Of a DNA stretch of 64,000 nucleotides, positions 37,471-49,984 are shown piece by piece (position 1 is the stretch's first letter; each line of letters starts with the position of its first letter). The stretch covers positions 22,959,884 through 23,023,883 of the forward strand of contig OZ316891.1 of NCBI GenBank assembly GCA_973895155.1. The letters run 5' to 3'. The notes below the pieces were generated by a model. The model searched no databases, was not told where the DNA came from, and saw only the letters and a program-made list of their open reading frames with translations. The DNA is from Marsupella aquatica. Lineage: Eukaryota; Plantae; Marchantiophyta. A program made the translations under genes and the position numbers.

Positions 37471-40292
37471 GGCCTCCTCTGCATCCCTTAGCTCCCGCTT
37501 CCATTTCTCTCTTTCTTTGACTACGCCGGCCAACTCTCCTTGGGTCCGAGTCAGTTTATCCTTGATAATCTGATTGTCAGACTAAGCGGTATCCAACTGC
37601 CCCTGCATGATGTTTAGCTCATGCCGCTTAATCCGTAGCTCATCTTGGGCTTTCTTGGCCACCTGTAGGACTTCCACCTCAGCTTCCTTCTCCCTAAGCC
37701 GCCGAATGACCTCATCCTTCTTGCTTCTCTCCAAAGCCACCGCTTCTTCTAATCGGTGCTTCTCCAACATCTCCCTCTAGAAAAAGGGTCCCTGCTCCAA
37801 CTCCTCCCCAAAGATACTGAGCGCCAGGTCCCCACACATCTCCCCGTACTCCATGGCTCTATCCTTAGCATAGGTGGAGTAACTAGAAGTCATCGGCATC
37901 AACCACCGCGGCCTCTGCTCCCAAGCCGCCTTGCGGATTTCTTCTATGGTGGCAAGAGGGTTGCTTCTTTTTTTGGCAACCCGCCTGATGTCCTCCGGCC
38001 AATCTCCTCCTGGTAAATCCTTCTCCCTAGCTAGGGCTGCTTTCTCTTCCTCCCTAAGTCGCTCCTGAAATTCTTGTGCCGTCTGCTTTATGCCGTCAAA
38101 GCTTGGGGGAGCAATCTCTGGTGGGGGAGACTCGGGGCTACTCTGTTGAGTGGGGTCCCCTCGAACTACTCTTGGAAGCGTGGGGATAAATTGGCCACAG
38201 GTCCTTACTCCTGGAACATGATGATCCGACCCATAGCCGGAGTTATCATTGTTGTAGTCCTCCACCGCCTCCTCCACTACTTGGACTCCCGGCTTCTCCC
38301 TTTGTTCCCCTGGTCAGTCGTGAAAATGGCCTCTGGTTCCTCTGGTTTCCAGGCTGTTGTCTCCCTCTGCTCTCCGCGGGAAGGAGCCTTTAGGCTGCTC
38401 TACCTCTGATTTGGGGCTTGAGGCTCCCACATACATTCGCACTCCCGGCTTGTGTTCTGGCCTCCTGGTCTCCTTGGCTCCGGTAAAGGGGTCTTCCCCT
38501 CTGAGTCGGCTTAGGCCGACCTCTGGGGGAGCGTCCTGTATCGGTGCCGTTGCCAAAACCGTTGCCGTTGCCGGAACCATTCTCTTTTCCTTCTCCAGCA
38601 ATTTCAGCAGATTTTGCATGCCTGGTTGCTGCATCGGCAAGTCTTCTTTCTTTGTCTGAAATACCTGCTCGATCGTTGGACTGTCGGGCTGGTTGGGCTT
38701 CTCTGGTGCCAGCCCTTGCTCTTCCCCTTCCTCCGGTGCCCTTGCCGATAGGGGAAGTATTGGGGCAAAGATTTTACTTTTGGCATACCGGCACAAGAGC
38801 GGCATGTGATAGCCAAGCCAGGACACGCTTCCCACGCCGATTACCTATTGTATCTCCTTCAAGATCTTCTTCAGTTGGTTGAGGAGGTACCCGTTGTAAT
38901 CTCGGCTTGGGTCTGGCCTTTCTACCAGGTAGACCTGAGCCTTGCCGATCTCTGCCCTCGGCAAGTTACAGTGCATGGTCACCCACAAGAAATCGACCAT
39001 CTCTCCAATGTGCGGGTTGGTGCAGGTGTTCCGGAAGAAGCCATTCTTTGTTGATGGTCCTGGGAACGACCGGAACTCCTTGTCAGGTAAGGTCTTCCTA
39101 GTATCAACCTTGGTCTTATTACCCATCGGCAAGCCAAACACCTCAGCAATCACCCGGGGAGTGAGATAGAAATCCTTCCCATACACCCTCGTGGAATTGG
39201 TCTTGGGTTCCCATGATCCCACAAATTCTAATAAGTCTGAGTCCGGCACCTCTGGCTTCAACCATGGTAATCTTACGAAGGCTTCCAAGCCGGATTCGGC
39301 CATGAAGCCTTGGTACTTCTTGGTTTGCATGGCCGTAAAGCATGCATCCTCCTCCCGTGCAAAGTGTAATTGCACTTTCTCTCGTAGGGTCGCCACCCAG
39401 CCTTCCCAGGTGTCATCGTTTGTTGGAATGGCCTTGATGGGATCGACCTCTTCCTCTTTGGCATCTCCCCTTGTCCTGCTTTGCTGCTCTACTGGCTTCC
39501 TAGGTACCACGGACCTCGTTCTTTTTGCCAGGGTGGCCTTTTCGTTGTTGTTTCCTTTCCTCTTCATCTTGGCTGCCGTGGATGTTTCTCCTAGCAAGGT
39601 TGCCTTCGTCCACCCCTCCGTGTTACCCTTCAACTCCCAGTGTAGGTTGTTGCAGCAATTGATGGCTTCCCGGATGCCGACAATTCTGTTTTCGCAAAAC
39701 AGCAGGTCGTCAAGCTGATTGGCAGTAGGAGTCCACAAGAACTCGGCCTTGATAAGTTCTCCTCCTAAGAAAGCCGTCTTCTGCAGTTCCCAAAGCCAAG
39801 CAAGCTCCTGCCATTCTCGAGCTACTCTCTCTGATTCTTTGTCCTTGTAAGTCCTGACGTACTCACCTGCCCGTTTGAACAGGCATCCCCAAAAATGTGT
39901 CGCTTGATTGATGTTGCTCATACCCTCCTTGAGTCGATCGTTGGTATCTATTCCCACCCCGAGTGCTTGCCTAAGCAGCTAACAGTATTTGTCCTCCCGT
40001 AGTTGTCTGCCCAGTTGGTTCTTGCAAATGAGCCACTATTCCTCGCGAGCGGTCCTTACCCCTCTCCTCTGGTCTTCCCTTGTTGGTCACCCCTAGCCGT
40101 CGACGCTTAGCGCGCCCTAACCCTAATCATGTTCTCTCCCCCGGCGTCCTTACTTTCGGCCTCGGCTCGGGTTCCATAGTCACCCTTAATTGTTTATATT
40201 TTCCTTGTTTTGTTCCTATACTAAGGTGTTTCCAGGGTACACTCTTGCTTTACCATGTAAACCGGGCTAGTGATTCCTGGCTAGGCATCACA
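37471..40292 (-). mobile_element. Family A LTR, 5' part, with intact 370-aa N-terminal ORF piece (38845-39957)
   Basis: TG terminus at 40292 lies inside a CACTA exon. Interrupted at 37470 by another A LTR. Confidence 0.85.
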
Positions 40293-42722
40293 ATCGACCA
40301 GACACCATTGGAGACAAGATTACAGAAAAGGTAATGTTTTCCTCAACGCAATGTGAGAACAAGAAAGTCCAACTTTTAACGTTGCATTCTTTCAAACAAC
40401 GTCGTACATGACGTTGTAATTGATTACTTTACGTCGTCCATCTCACTTTACGTCTTTCCACCTAACGTTTTTTTTTGTTTTTACGTCGTATGGGATGCAA
40501 TAACTAATGTTCCATGGTACATCGTATGTAAGAAACGTCGTCCTCCACGATGTTAGTTTTAATAATACGTAGTGTGGAAGGACGTTTAGTGTGATTGTCG
40601 TTGAATTGACAATGTTACATTGGATCTGGCAGGTTTTTTGTTATTTCCCAATCACTCCCCAACTTCAGCATCTCTACCAACAAAAGCACTTATCCACACT
40701 ACAGACTTGGCATGTGGAGAACAAATCCCCACCAGGGATAATGCAATACCACCAAGATAGTCCAGCGTGGAAGCACATTGATGCCACTTGGCCAAATTTT
40801 GCCGAGGAGCCAAGAAATGTTTGTTTGGGGTTGGCAATTGATGGAGTGAACCCATATAAACAACGATGGAAGCCTAAGTCCATCTGGCCTATTCTTTTGA
40901 TAAATCAGAACATCCCTCCATGGTTGGCAATGAAGAAGGGTCATGTGCTTCTATTAGCTATAATTCCTGGACCCAAGGCCTGTAAGAATCCTGATATCTG
41001 TTTGGCTCCAGCTTATGAAGAGCTACATAATCTGTGGGAGGTTGGAGCAGTGACAACAGATGTCACTCGTGAAGTAGGCAATGGCAAGACCTTCAATATG
41101 AGGGTGATGATCACTCATTGCACCACAGATGGTCCAGGTAATTCATTGTGCAACCCAATGGCTATTGTTTGCACAATGTCATGTACAATGCAAGTGTTGG
41201 GGTTATTTGTGGTCTGAACATGGTTCAATGAAATGGCAGGTATGGGGACAATATCTGGCCTGAAGGTGGCAGGTTTTTCAGCTTGCCCTTCATGTGGCCC
41301 AGAGTTGCGTGGGAGGTACTCAAGACTACTGCACAAAACCACATATGAGGGCAGTAGGGTCCGGTTGGCAATGGATGACCACTTGCAACAAAACACAACA
41401 CATTGGGCAGAGACTGAAGTGCGGCCATGTCCTAATGGCCCTTCAGCTGAAGGACAAATTCAAATGGCAGAGAAGGTGGAAGCAAAGTTACTGAAACCCA
41501 AGGATTGTGGAGTAAACCGACGCTCAACTATGTGGGACTTGCCTTATTGGAGGGTAAGTGATAGAAGTGCATGGTTCCTTTACAGCAAATTAGACCAATA
41601 AAATGCTTAATTTAGAGATTGCAACTGATTCAATATGTTATTTCAATTTCCAGAGACTCCAGGTTCGATGGTTGTTGGACCCCATGCACATTGAAGTGAA
41701 TGTTGCTAAGAACTTGGTGAAGCACATTTATGGGATGAATGACACTCGTGGAGTCCGAGAGGATGCTGAGAGGGTTGGAGTAGTGAAGAGTTGTTGGATA
41801 ACACGTACTGGGGAGAAACCTCCTGGTCCTTGGATTTTGCCAAGAGAGGTTTTGAAGGACATGAATGGGATGATAAGCGAGATGAAGTTCCCTAGCCATT
41901 ACGGAGCTGGTTTTCGTGGGTGCACTACAAGGAATGATCACATACCCCCAATAGGGTTGAAGTCTCATGATTATCACAAGTTGATACAACATGTGCTACC
42001 AGCAGTCTTGCGTTGTTGTGATGATTCCCGGGAGCGTCGTTTACTCCGTCTGACTATATCTGAGATGTGCTCTATTTTCAGGTACGATAACGTACCCTCT
42101 CTTCCATTGCTCTCTTGCAAGTTCTTGTTACCGCTGGAGGAGCCCTGTAATTCAACAAGTATTTCAAACTCATTTTTCTATGGCCCTATGTGGATCTGAT
42201 ATACAAAATCTTTGATGGTTTTGAGGAGGAACATAGGTGGGTATGCGCTAAGGAGATAAAGGAGTCTGAGATTCCTTTGATGAGGGAGAGGTCAGCTCGC
42301 GTGATGTGCAATATGGAGAAGGTGTTTCCCACATGCATATTTGACATGCAATTGCATTTACTATGTCACTTGGTGGATGAGGTCGCGATTGCTAGTCCTG
42401 TCCATGCACGTTGGATGTATTGGGTAGAGCGCTTGAAAGTGCTCAAGTCCATGGTGCGTCAACCAGCTCGACCAGAGGGAAGTATGGCAACGGGGTATAT
42501 CATGTCGGAGTGCCTCTTTTATTCTGGAGGGATGATAGGGAGTTTGGACACAGAAGCTCCCATAGCTTGGGAAGAGGCACAAGATGATGACAATGGTGGG
42601 TTGCGTTTGATGGGTGCATCAAAAAAGTGTTCACTACATGACAACATACTTCGCCTACAGATCCACAATTATGTGTTGGGAAATCGCCCAGAGATGTCTC
42701 AGTGGAGGGAGTTGCATAGGTA
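40293..42722 (+). pseudogene. CACTA/En-Spm transposase (Tnp2/Transposase_21 plus DUF4218), spliced, truncated
   Basis: YFPITPQLQHLY, DSPAWKH, LAIDGVNP, SIWPI, IIPGPK, TDGPG, ACPSC, LDPMHIEVNV, GLKSHDYH, WMYWVER and RPEGSMA. In-frame GT-AG introns at 40331-40632 and 41138-41239, and near 41553-41652. Confidence 0.9.
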
Positions 42723-43199
42723 CATATATGCAACTCTATATATATGTTAATCTAACAGTAGACGTTGTTCTACATTCTATATGTGTAGAAGTTAGAGTGG
42801 GTTCAAGGAGCACTTCTTTGGATTGTGCAATATTCTCATCCAATCATATTTCAGTTTACAAGTTTCTATATATCGCGGATCGATGGCACTGGTCGTAATT
42901 GGCTTTTGTGTCGTCTTCAATGGCCAGTTTCTATGTTGAGGCCTGAACCCTAATCTGTCCCATAAACTTCAAATGAATGTCGCCTAGGGAAATTAACGTT
43001 GTGAAGCTCAGCCGCTTCTCGAAAAGCCATCACGGTGACGTACATGGGAGCCATATGATTGTTAGCTTAATCCCTGAACTCGCGGTCGACAGAGCTATGC
43101 ATTTTTCCAGGAGAAAATCAGCATCCAAGTTGTTGATGTAACAAGAGGATGGAAATGAGTCAAAAGCTGAAGTTGGACACGTTGTCGTTTTTTTTTTGG

Positions 43200-43375
43200 G
43201 GATTTTTTTTTGGTCCGCCCATCTCGGCGAGGTCAGCCAAGATTGAATCAACCTCGGGTGCCCAGCTGAGATGAGCGGAAGTTTGAAGGCCCCATCTCAA
43301 CTCCTCAACTGAGATTCTAAAATTTTTGAGATAACTGATATCAGTTATCAGCCACTGATAACTGATGATGTTGTG
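43200..43375. mobile_element. Putative CACTA-like terminus with dyad motifs
   Basis: ATCTCGG-N9-CCAAGAT at 43221 plus two degenerate copies, a perfect 20-bp palindrome GATAACTGATATCAGTTATC at 43330, and the end ...TGTTGTG (CACAACA reversed). Confidence 0.35.
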
Positions 43376-44332
43376 TACCCCTGAAGGGTCTGAGATTGTT
43401 GAGTACTGTGAACACCCCTGCCCTAAATCTGGTTGAGGTAGGCCTTATTTGGTTTTGTAAACTTTTGTCATTTTGATTTGTACAATTCCTTCAAATACCC
43501 AATGCCACTTACAATATGAAATGAGATTAGGTAACGTACCCAAGTAAATAAGTTCTGATCAAGTTGCTAATATGTCATTTGTTTACCTGTTGTTGGCATG
43601 CATGAACTATTCTATTGGCAATGAAGGCTAAAGTGGGAGCTGCCTTTACCTCATTCAAATACAATGTTGAGCATTGAGTACTCTTGGAAACTTTGTAATG
43701 ACTAATCTGCCTTATGAATGGTGAAATGATTTCATATGGCAAACACGATTTCCGACCGAACGAGAACTATTTCCGCAAATGAGAAGTGTGTTTTCATTTT
43801 CCGCCGAATCTCACAAAATCGGTGGTTTTTTTAATCAAAAATAAGTTTTTGGGGAAATAATGTAATCCGTATCAGAGTTCGGATTGAATCAGTAAATTCA
43901 GGAATGTTCCAAACCACTGAAATTAATGCTCACAAACATTCAATTTATCAAGGAAAAATTAGATACAAAAAACTTTTGCCTGAGCCTCATATTCTCGCTC
44001 TCCAAAGATATATGAAAGGTCTTATCTAGAAATCCATATCCACTTTTTGAGCAAAGTCCGATAGCTGCATCGGACTCCGGATTTCGACCATGAAAGTTCC
44101 GACCCAATCTCAGTTTTCTCAGTTTGTGGTTATTTATCGTAACTATTTTACATCATAGTCGATAAGAAATTACTGCACCGACGGTTCATCAAACTTACCT
44201 TGTAGTTACCTCCGCAAGTGACCATAGTCAACATGCCGTTGTTTCAACAACAATGCGCAGTCGGATAAATTATCCTGAAAACTACGGACGGCAAACATAC
44301 TTGCCGACAATACTAAGATCCTTCGGTTCATC

Positions 44333-44495
44333 GGTTAAATTTCAAAATTGCAACTATCCATGTGAAGAAAACACTTTTTGCAATACCAACATCAGATAAA
44401 TTTATCGCTTCAATTTCAAAATTGCAACTTCCATATGAAGGAAACACTTTTTGCAATACCAACATCAGATAAATTTATGGGTTAAATTTCAAAAC
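44333..44495. repeat. Tandem duplication, ~80-bp unit, just over two copies
   Basis: aatttcaaaattgcaact..ccat.tgaag.aaacactttttgcaataccaacatcagataaatttat is repeated. Confidence 0.85.
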
Positions 44496-47305
44496 TATAT
44501 AATTTTGCTACGATGCACGTGTAAGAATGAAGTTGGAAATCCAAGAAATATACCCTTCTCTGCTATTTTGTCGTTTAGGGCGACGACCAATCAAAAGTGG
44601 CCACGTGGGCCAACCCGTCAATAGACACTATAAAAGGACCACCGCCGATAAGTTTTTGACATCATTGTCCAGAGTAGATTTTTGGGAGTTGTGTTCTTGG
44701 AGCAACATTCTATCCGTTGAGCCATTCGTTTTCCCTGATTGAGGGAATAATGCAAAGCCCCATAGTGTCATGGATAGCCATGTCTCAATCAGACAAAGAT
44801 TCACCTTCAAGTTCAGTTGAATCCTCTCTGTCACACGATTGACATGGGTCTTAACACCAAAAACGTCACTATTGGGTGCCAAAACCATCTCCTTGTACCT
44901 GAGGATCACGAAGGGATACTGTGAAGGCCGATAAACACCAATTTATGCCCTTAACACCAGACTATCATAGCAAGACTCTATCACACATCACCCAAGCTCA
45001 ATCCCTAGGAACCAAGGTTGGGAATCAGATCCTGTGCTCATGATAGTTCTAGTGAGAAGGGGTCTTCATATCGGGCCCGTACACACAGGGCCTAGCGCTA
45101 TGGTGCGCATATGTCTATACGTATGCTTACTATCATAGGTATATTTCTACTCTGCCGCCAGAATGTACCCATAAACCAGTGACTCCTGATTGATTCCCGG
45201 CTTAGGGACTTCTAAGCCATTAATGCCCCACCACTTTGCCATTCCACTCTCAGCAATCAGAGTTGTGACAGTCCTCACCCAACCCACTTCAATGCACCCA
45301 GTACACCTCTAAGTGGTGCTGCTAGTCCCATCATACACTCAGATTGCCTCACACACACACACACATCCATGAGAGAAATGAGGCCTGAGAGGAAAACTCA
45401 ATTAGATTCAAAGATCTGCACAATAGTTCACTTAGAACACTTGATCCAAACAATAGGCCCAAAGGCTGTCTCCTCCAGATTACGACGTTGTCATGCCGAA
45501 AGATTTCAGCTCATGAATGGCTTTTATAGGGGATGATGGGCGAGGCCTCCCGGTTGGGTTGCGTGCATGCTGACTCGGAGGGGCTGCTTGGTTGGATGGA
45601 TTGAGGTTTGGTGATTGGGTGGCTCGTCGTCACCAGGTTTGGGTGAGTCACCAGGCTTGGAGTTTGGATGAGCCTTGCTGATGGCAACTAGCTCAAGCTG
45701 GATGGTTGGGTTTCCGATGCTATTTAAGACTTGAGCCTCGGCTCATTGAGGTTGGCGGTTGTCTATTGAGATCTGTTGAGTTGCATTCTGTGAGTTTTGC
45801 TCCGTTTTGCGAAACTTGACTATTGTGCGGCGGTTTTGGAGTTCAGGGCAAGTGTTGGATCCAGGTGTGGAGTTTTCGATCCAGACGGGGATTTCTCAAG
45901 TTTGGAGTCTCGTTGATCTAGGCAGGGAATTTCTCAAGTTTGGAGTCTCCTTGATCCAGGCGAGGATTTCTTGAGTTTGGAGCCTCGTTGGTCCAGGCTT
46001 GAGTTTCGTGTGAGCTGTTTTAGACTAGTGGAGTAGCTAGTTGAGTTTTGGTTTTGTGAGCTAAGGAGGATAGTTTTTCCATCAGATTTTGAGTAGTTAG
46101 TCACTCGAGGAGTTCTACGCGACAAGTTAGAGGTAGCGGCCCGCCGTAGGGCCAGCTACCAGACTCTTGCGGGCAAGCTTACTCAAGGGCACCTATTGTA
46201 ACCTTTGTGAGAAAAGTAAAAAATATAAAGGAGTGAGAGTTTACTCCAAAAAGTGCTTGTTGCCTATCCCAATTGCAGCCAGAAATGCGTAGTTTGCCCG
46301 AGGAGCCCCTAACTTTAAGTCCTCGCGACATTGGCGACCATACTAGGGAGTCCTTGGGGCGATTGGATGAGATGGGTGACTATGACAAAGTCGGTCGGAT
46401 CTCAAGCATCGTCATGTCGATGACGAGAACCATAAGGAAGGAAGAGCTTGAGTCGGAAAGGGCAAACAGGGAAGCAAATAGAACTACTCGGTCGGGTACT
46501 TGGTGTCTCCAAGAGGTTCTGAAGGAGAATGGGCAGTTTGATGGGAGAAATGTGACAAGCTACCTTAAGTCTTACTTGACAAAAGCAATTGTCTACAAGT
46601 TGGACGAAGGGACGGCCGTGAAAGAGTTCATGGTGCTGGTTGAGAAGGAGTTGAGTTCAACGGTGCGGACCATCGTTGAGTCAGCTGAGGGCTGGGATGA
46701 CTTCGACTAGAAGATGAAAGAGAAGTTCCAAGCGGAGGATGCTGATCGGGTCACGCAGGCTACCTTCTTGGATTGGGTGAATGACAGGAACAATAAGCTG
46801 AAGGGACCGCAAGAGCTCCTAAGGGAGTTCAAGAGAAGGGTGTCTCAGTTACCAAAGCGAGATGTGGGAATCATCGAGTTGCAGCGCTCGACGCTCTTCT
46901 GGAGGGCAGCCGATGAGGACCTTCGAGAGGAGCTTGAGAACGCGATGGAGCTGCTGGAACCTTCGAGAGTTACCTTGTCTAACGACTGGAACCAAGTTGA
47001 GAAAGCGGTGTTGAAAGTGAGCAATCGACACCGGCGACGAAAGCTAGACAAGGAGGCTACCACTCTTGACCTAAGGCCGTCGGAACCGATATTGAGGAAA
47101 GGGAAGCGAGAACCAGCGAAGGATGAGATCAAACCATCGGTGGATGATCTCGCAAAAATGATGCAGAACCTGAAGATCTTGGCGGCACATGCGGTCGAGA
47201 ATCCGAAACCGAGGGTTGCGAGTGCTCCCAAGAGAAAGCGAGAAATGCAGAGTTGGCCATGCATGTGGTGCGATAGCAAGGAGCATGACCAACGGGAGTG
47301 TCTAG

Positions 47306-49984
47306 TGTGATGTCGATGACATGGTCCTTATTCTATAATCTGAGTAACTAGGTTGCTGTATGCAAGGAGTAGCTATTGATACCGTATAAACATTAGCAAG
47401 CTGGCAAGAATAAGGGCAATCATGGCATTAAGAGTAGGGATAAAGGTATTTCAGCTTGAAGACTGCACAACCAAGGCAAACACAGTTGAGGTAGTCATTG
47501 TCAAGGCCACAAAGGAGAAACTGGGGAAGAGAGGAGGAAGCGAGTCTCCATAGGTGAAGCTCTGTGGTATGGTGATTGTTCTCATGATAAAATCTGAATG
47601 TCTTGGGTGTGTAGCTTCATTTTGTTATTTGGGTTAGTGGTTCATAGTCTAGTCTTAGAATGCATGTTAGGGAAATAAAAGCTATGCTACGGGTGGTCGG
47701 TGACCATATCTCTTTCAATACGTCACCAAATCCGGATCTCTAAAGAGCATTGGAAAGATCTGGTCAAGGCGAGTAAAATCGATATAAAACACTTGGGAAA
47801 CGGAGCTGTATTAAGGAAAATATGGCCTGATTAGTGTGACAGGTTAACTTGTGGCCGAAATTAGCGGATTCGGTTGCGGTTTCGGGTTAACCTAAGCTCA
47901 GCCACGGCTTAGCTTATGTGAGCACGACTTTAGCTTAGCTCATGTAAGCATGGCTTCAGCTTAGCTCATGTAAGCACGGCTTCAGCTTAGCTCAGGTCAC
48001 CACAGCTTCAGCTTAGGCTTAACCCGGGTTCGGATTAGATTGATCCTGGGTTAGACTGAACTCGGGTTAGCCTAAACTCGGGCTTGGGTTAGCATAGGTA
48101 AGTTCGGGTTTGGGCTCAACTTAGCCTAGGTTAGCAGATAGCAGGTAGCGGTCTAACCCGAGACCACGGGTTAGCTCTACTCGGGTTAGATAGGATAGCT
48201 AGGTTAGCCAAACTCGGGTTAGCTATGTAACTCAGGTTAGCATAGTAGTGAGTACCCCCTCTCGGTTATGGGGACATAACTTTTTGTGTATTTGACCAAA
48301 TTGGCTATAATTGACCTCGTTGGAAAGAGGAGCTCAAGCCGCTTCCAACGCTGCTATCCACGCAGCAAATGGTTGAATAGAGAAATTGGGAGAGGAGGCG
48401 CAAGCTCGCAAAAACCATGGAGGAGGGCCAAATCCGAAGAACATAGCCAATTCGAGATAGAAATAAAGTTGCGAGTTAGGGTTCATAGTTAGAGATAGTG
48501 GTGGCTCTGTTAGGGCTGGGATGGGGCTCCAGCAGCTTAGTATCCACCCATTTGGGCTCAATATGAGAGTATATAGAGCAGCCCCCAGTAGAGGCAAGGG
48601 GGGGGACTTCAGTTGTGTGATCCCACGTAGACTGAGCAGCAGGGAGGAGCTCTATGCAAGGAAGGTTGGGCTTGGAAGCTGTGTGCTGGGGAGAGCTTGG
48701 TTGTGCTATTACTCAGGGAGTAATCAGCCACGCTTCATAGCAACAGTTGGCCAGGTTTGCAAGCTGGATTGTGGCTCTTTCTAGTAGGCAACACAATTGG
48801 GTTCTTTTCCCCCAATACAGAGCCTTGGTGATAGGTGATGTGTTGGTGATTGTAAACTGTGGGGAGGATTTCAATGTGATTTGCGGTGAGCACATTAGGA
48901 AGGCTGAGACACTAATTGAGGGGCAGCAAGAGGAGCATTTACAGTTGAGTTTGCAAGGCTACGTGATCCATGGGGAGTCCCGGCCTTTGTCTGGTAGAGA
49001 GCACTAAGGGATTTATGGCCAGAGTTGAGCTTGCAGGGCAAGCGTGAGGCCGGGCCTCATTGCAGTCTAGGATAGATCATCGTTAGGCCTGGTACCAACT
49101 TTGAAGTCAAGTCAACTGTGCATGCGTAACTTGACGTTCTAAATTGGAGGTGTGAGATCTGTATGTGCCCCCAAGAATGAAGTGCAGTGAAGGAGGTTGA
49201 GTTTAGGATTGAGTTTGCAAGGCAAGTACGGGATTGGTTAGAGTCCAATCTACCGTCACAATCTAGAGTGAGTCGGGCTCAGGTTCAGGATTGAGCTTGC
49301 ATGGCAAGCATGGGGCTTGCGGGGCAAGCACGTCGCAATCGGGAGGAGACAGCTTTGGGCCTAGTGTTCAGATCAAGTGTTCTCAGTGAACTATTGTGCA
49401 CATATTTGAATCTAATTGAGTTTTCTTCTCAAGCCTCATTTCTCTCATGGATGTGTGTGTGTGTGTGAGGCAATTTGAGTGTATGATGGGACCAGCAGCG
49501 CCACTGAGAGGTGTACCGGGTGCATTGAAGTGGGTTGGGCGAGGGCTGTCATAGCTCTGATTGCTGAGAGTGGAATGGCAGAGTGGTGGGGCAATGGCTT
49601 AGAAGTCCCTAAGCCAAGAATCAGTCAGGAGTCACTGGTTTATGGGTACATTCCAGTGGCAGAATAGAAATATACCTATGATAGTAAGCATGCGTATAGA
49701 CATATGCGCACTGTAGCGCTAGGCCCTGTGTGTATGGGCCCGATATGAAGACCCCTTCTCACCAGAATTATCATGAGCACAGGATCTGATTCCCAACCTT
49801 GGTTCTTAGGGATTGAGCTTGGGTGATGTGTGACGGAGTCTTGCTATGATAGTCTGGTGTTAAGGGCATAAACTGGTGTTTACCAGCCTTCACAACATCC
49901 CTTCATGATCCTCAGGTACAAGGAGATGGTTTTGGCACCCATAGTGACGTTTTTGGTGTTAAGACCCATGTCAATCGCGTGACA
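47306..49984 (+). mobile_element. Family B solo LTR, 2,679 bp (true orientation not established)
   Basis: TGTGATG...CGTGACA termini. Flanks TCTAG/CCTGG are a 5-bp TSD with two transitions. It interrupts gag, which resumes after 49984. Confidence 0.85.
47880..48245. repeat. Short-unit repeats within LTR B (~25-bp CTTAGCTCATGTAAGCACGGCTTCAG-like units and many GGGTTAG words)
   Basis: Visible directly; partly mirrored at 54105-54297. Confidence 0.7.

Noticed and set aside
17373-40292. Tandemly duplicated host gene for a myosin/SMC-like coiled-coil protein
   Set aside because: The copies are bounded by LTR termini and one is followed by a PBS and gag-pol. The coiled-coil resemblance is compositional.
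3546-43375. One giant CACTA element spanning both CACAAC termini
   Set aside because: The termini match for only 6 bp, the flanks differ (TAG vs TAC), and the internal coding fragments face opposite directions.
48286-49667. Short ORFs conserved between the two LTR B copies
   Set aside because: Conservation reflects DNA identity. They are short, occur on both strands and lack motifs.
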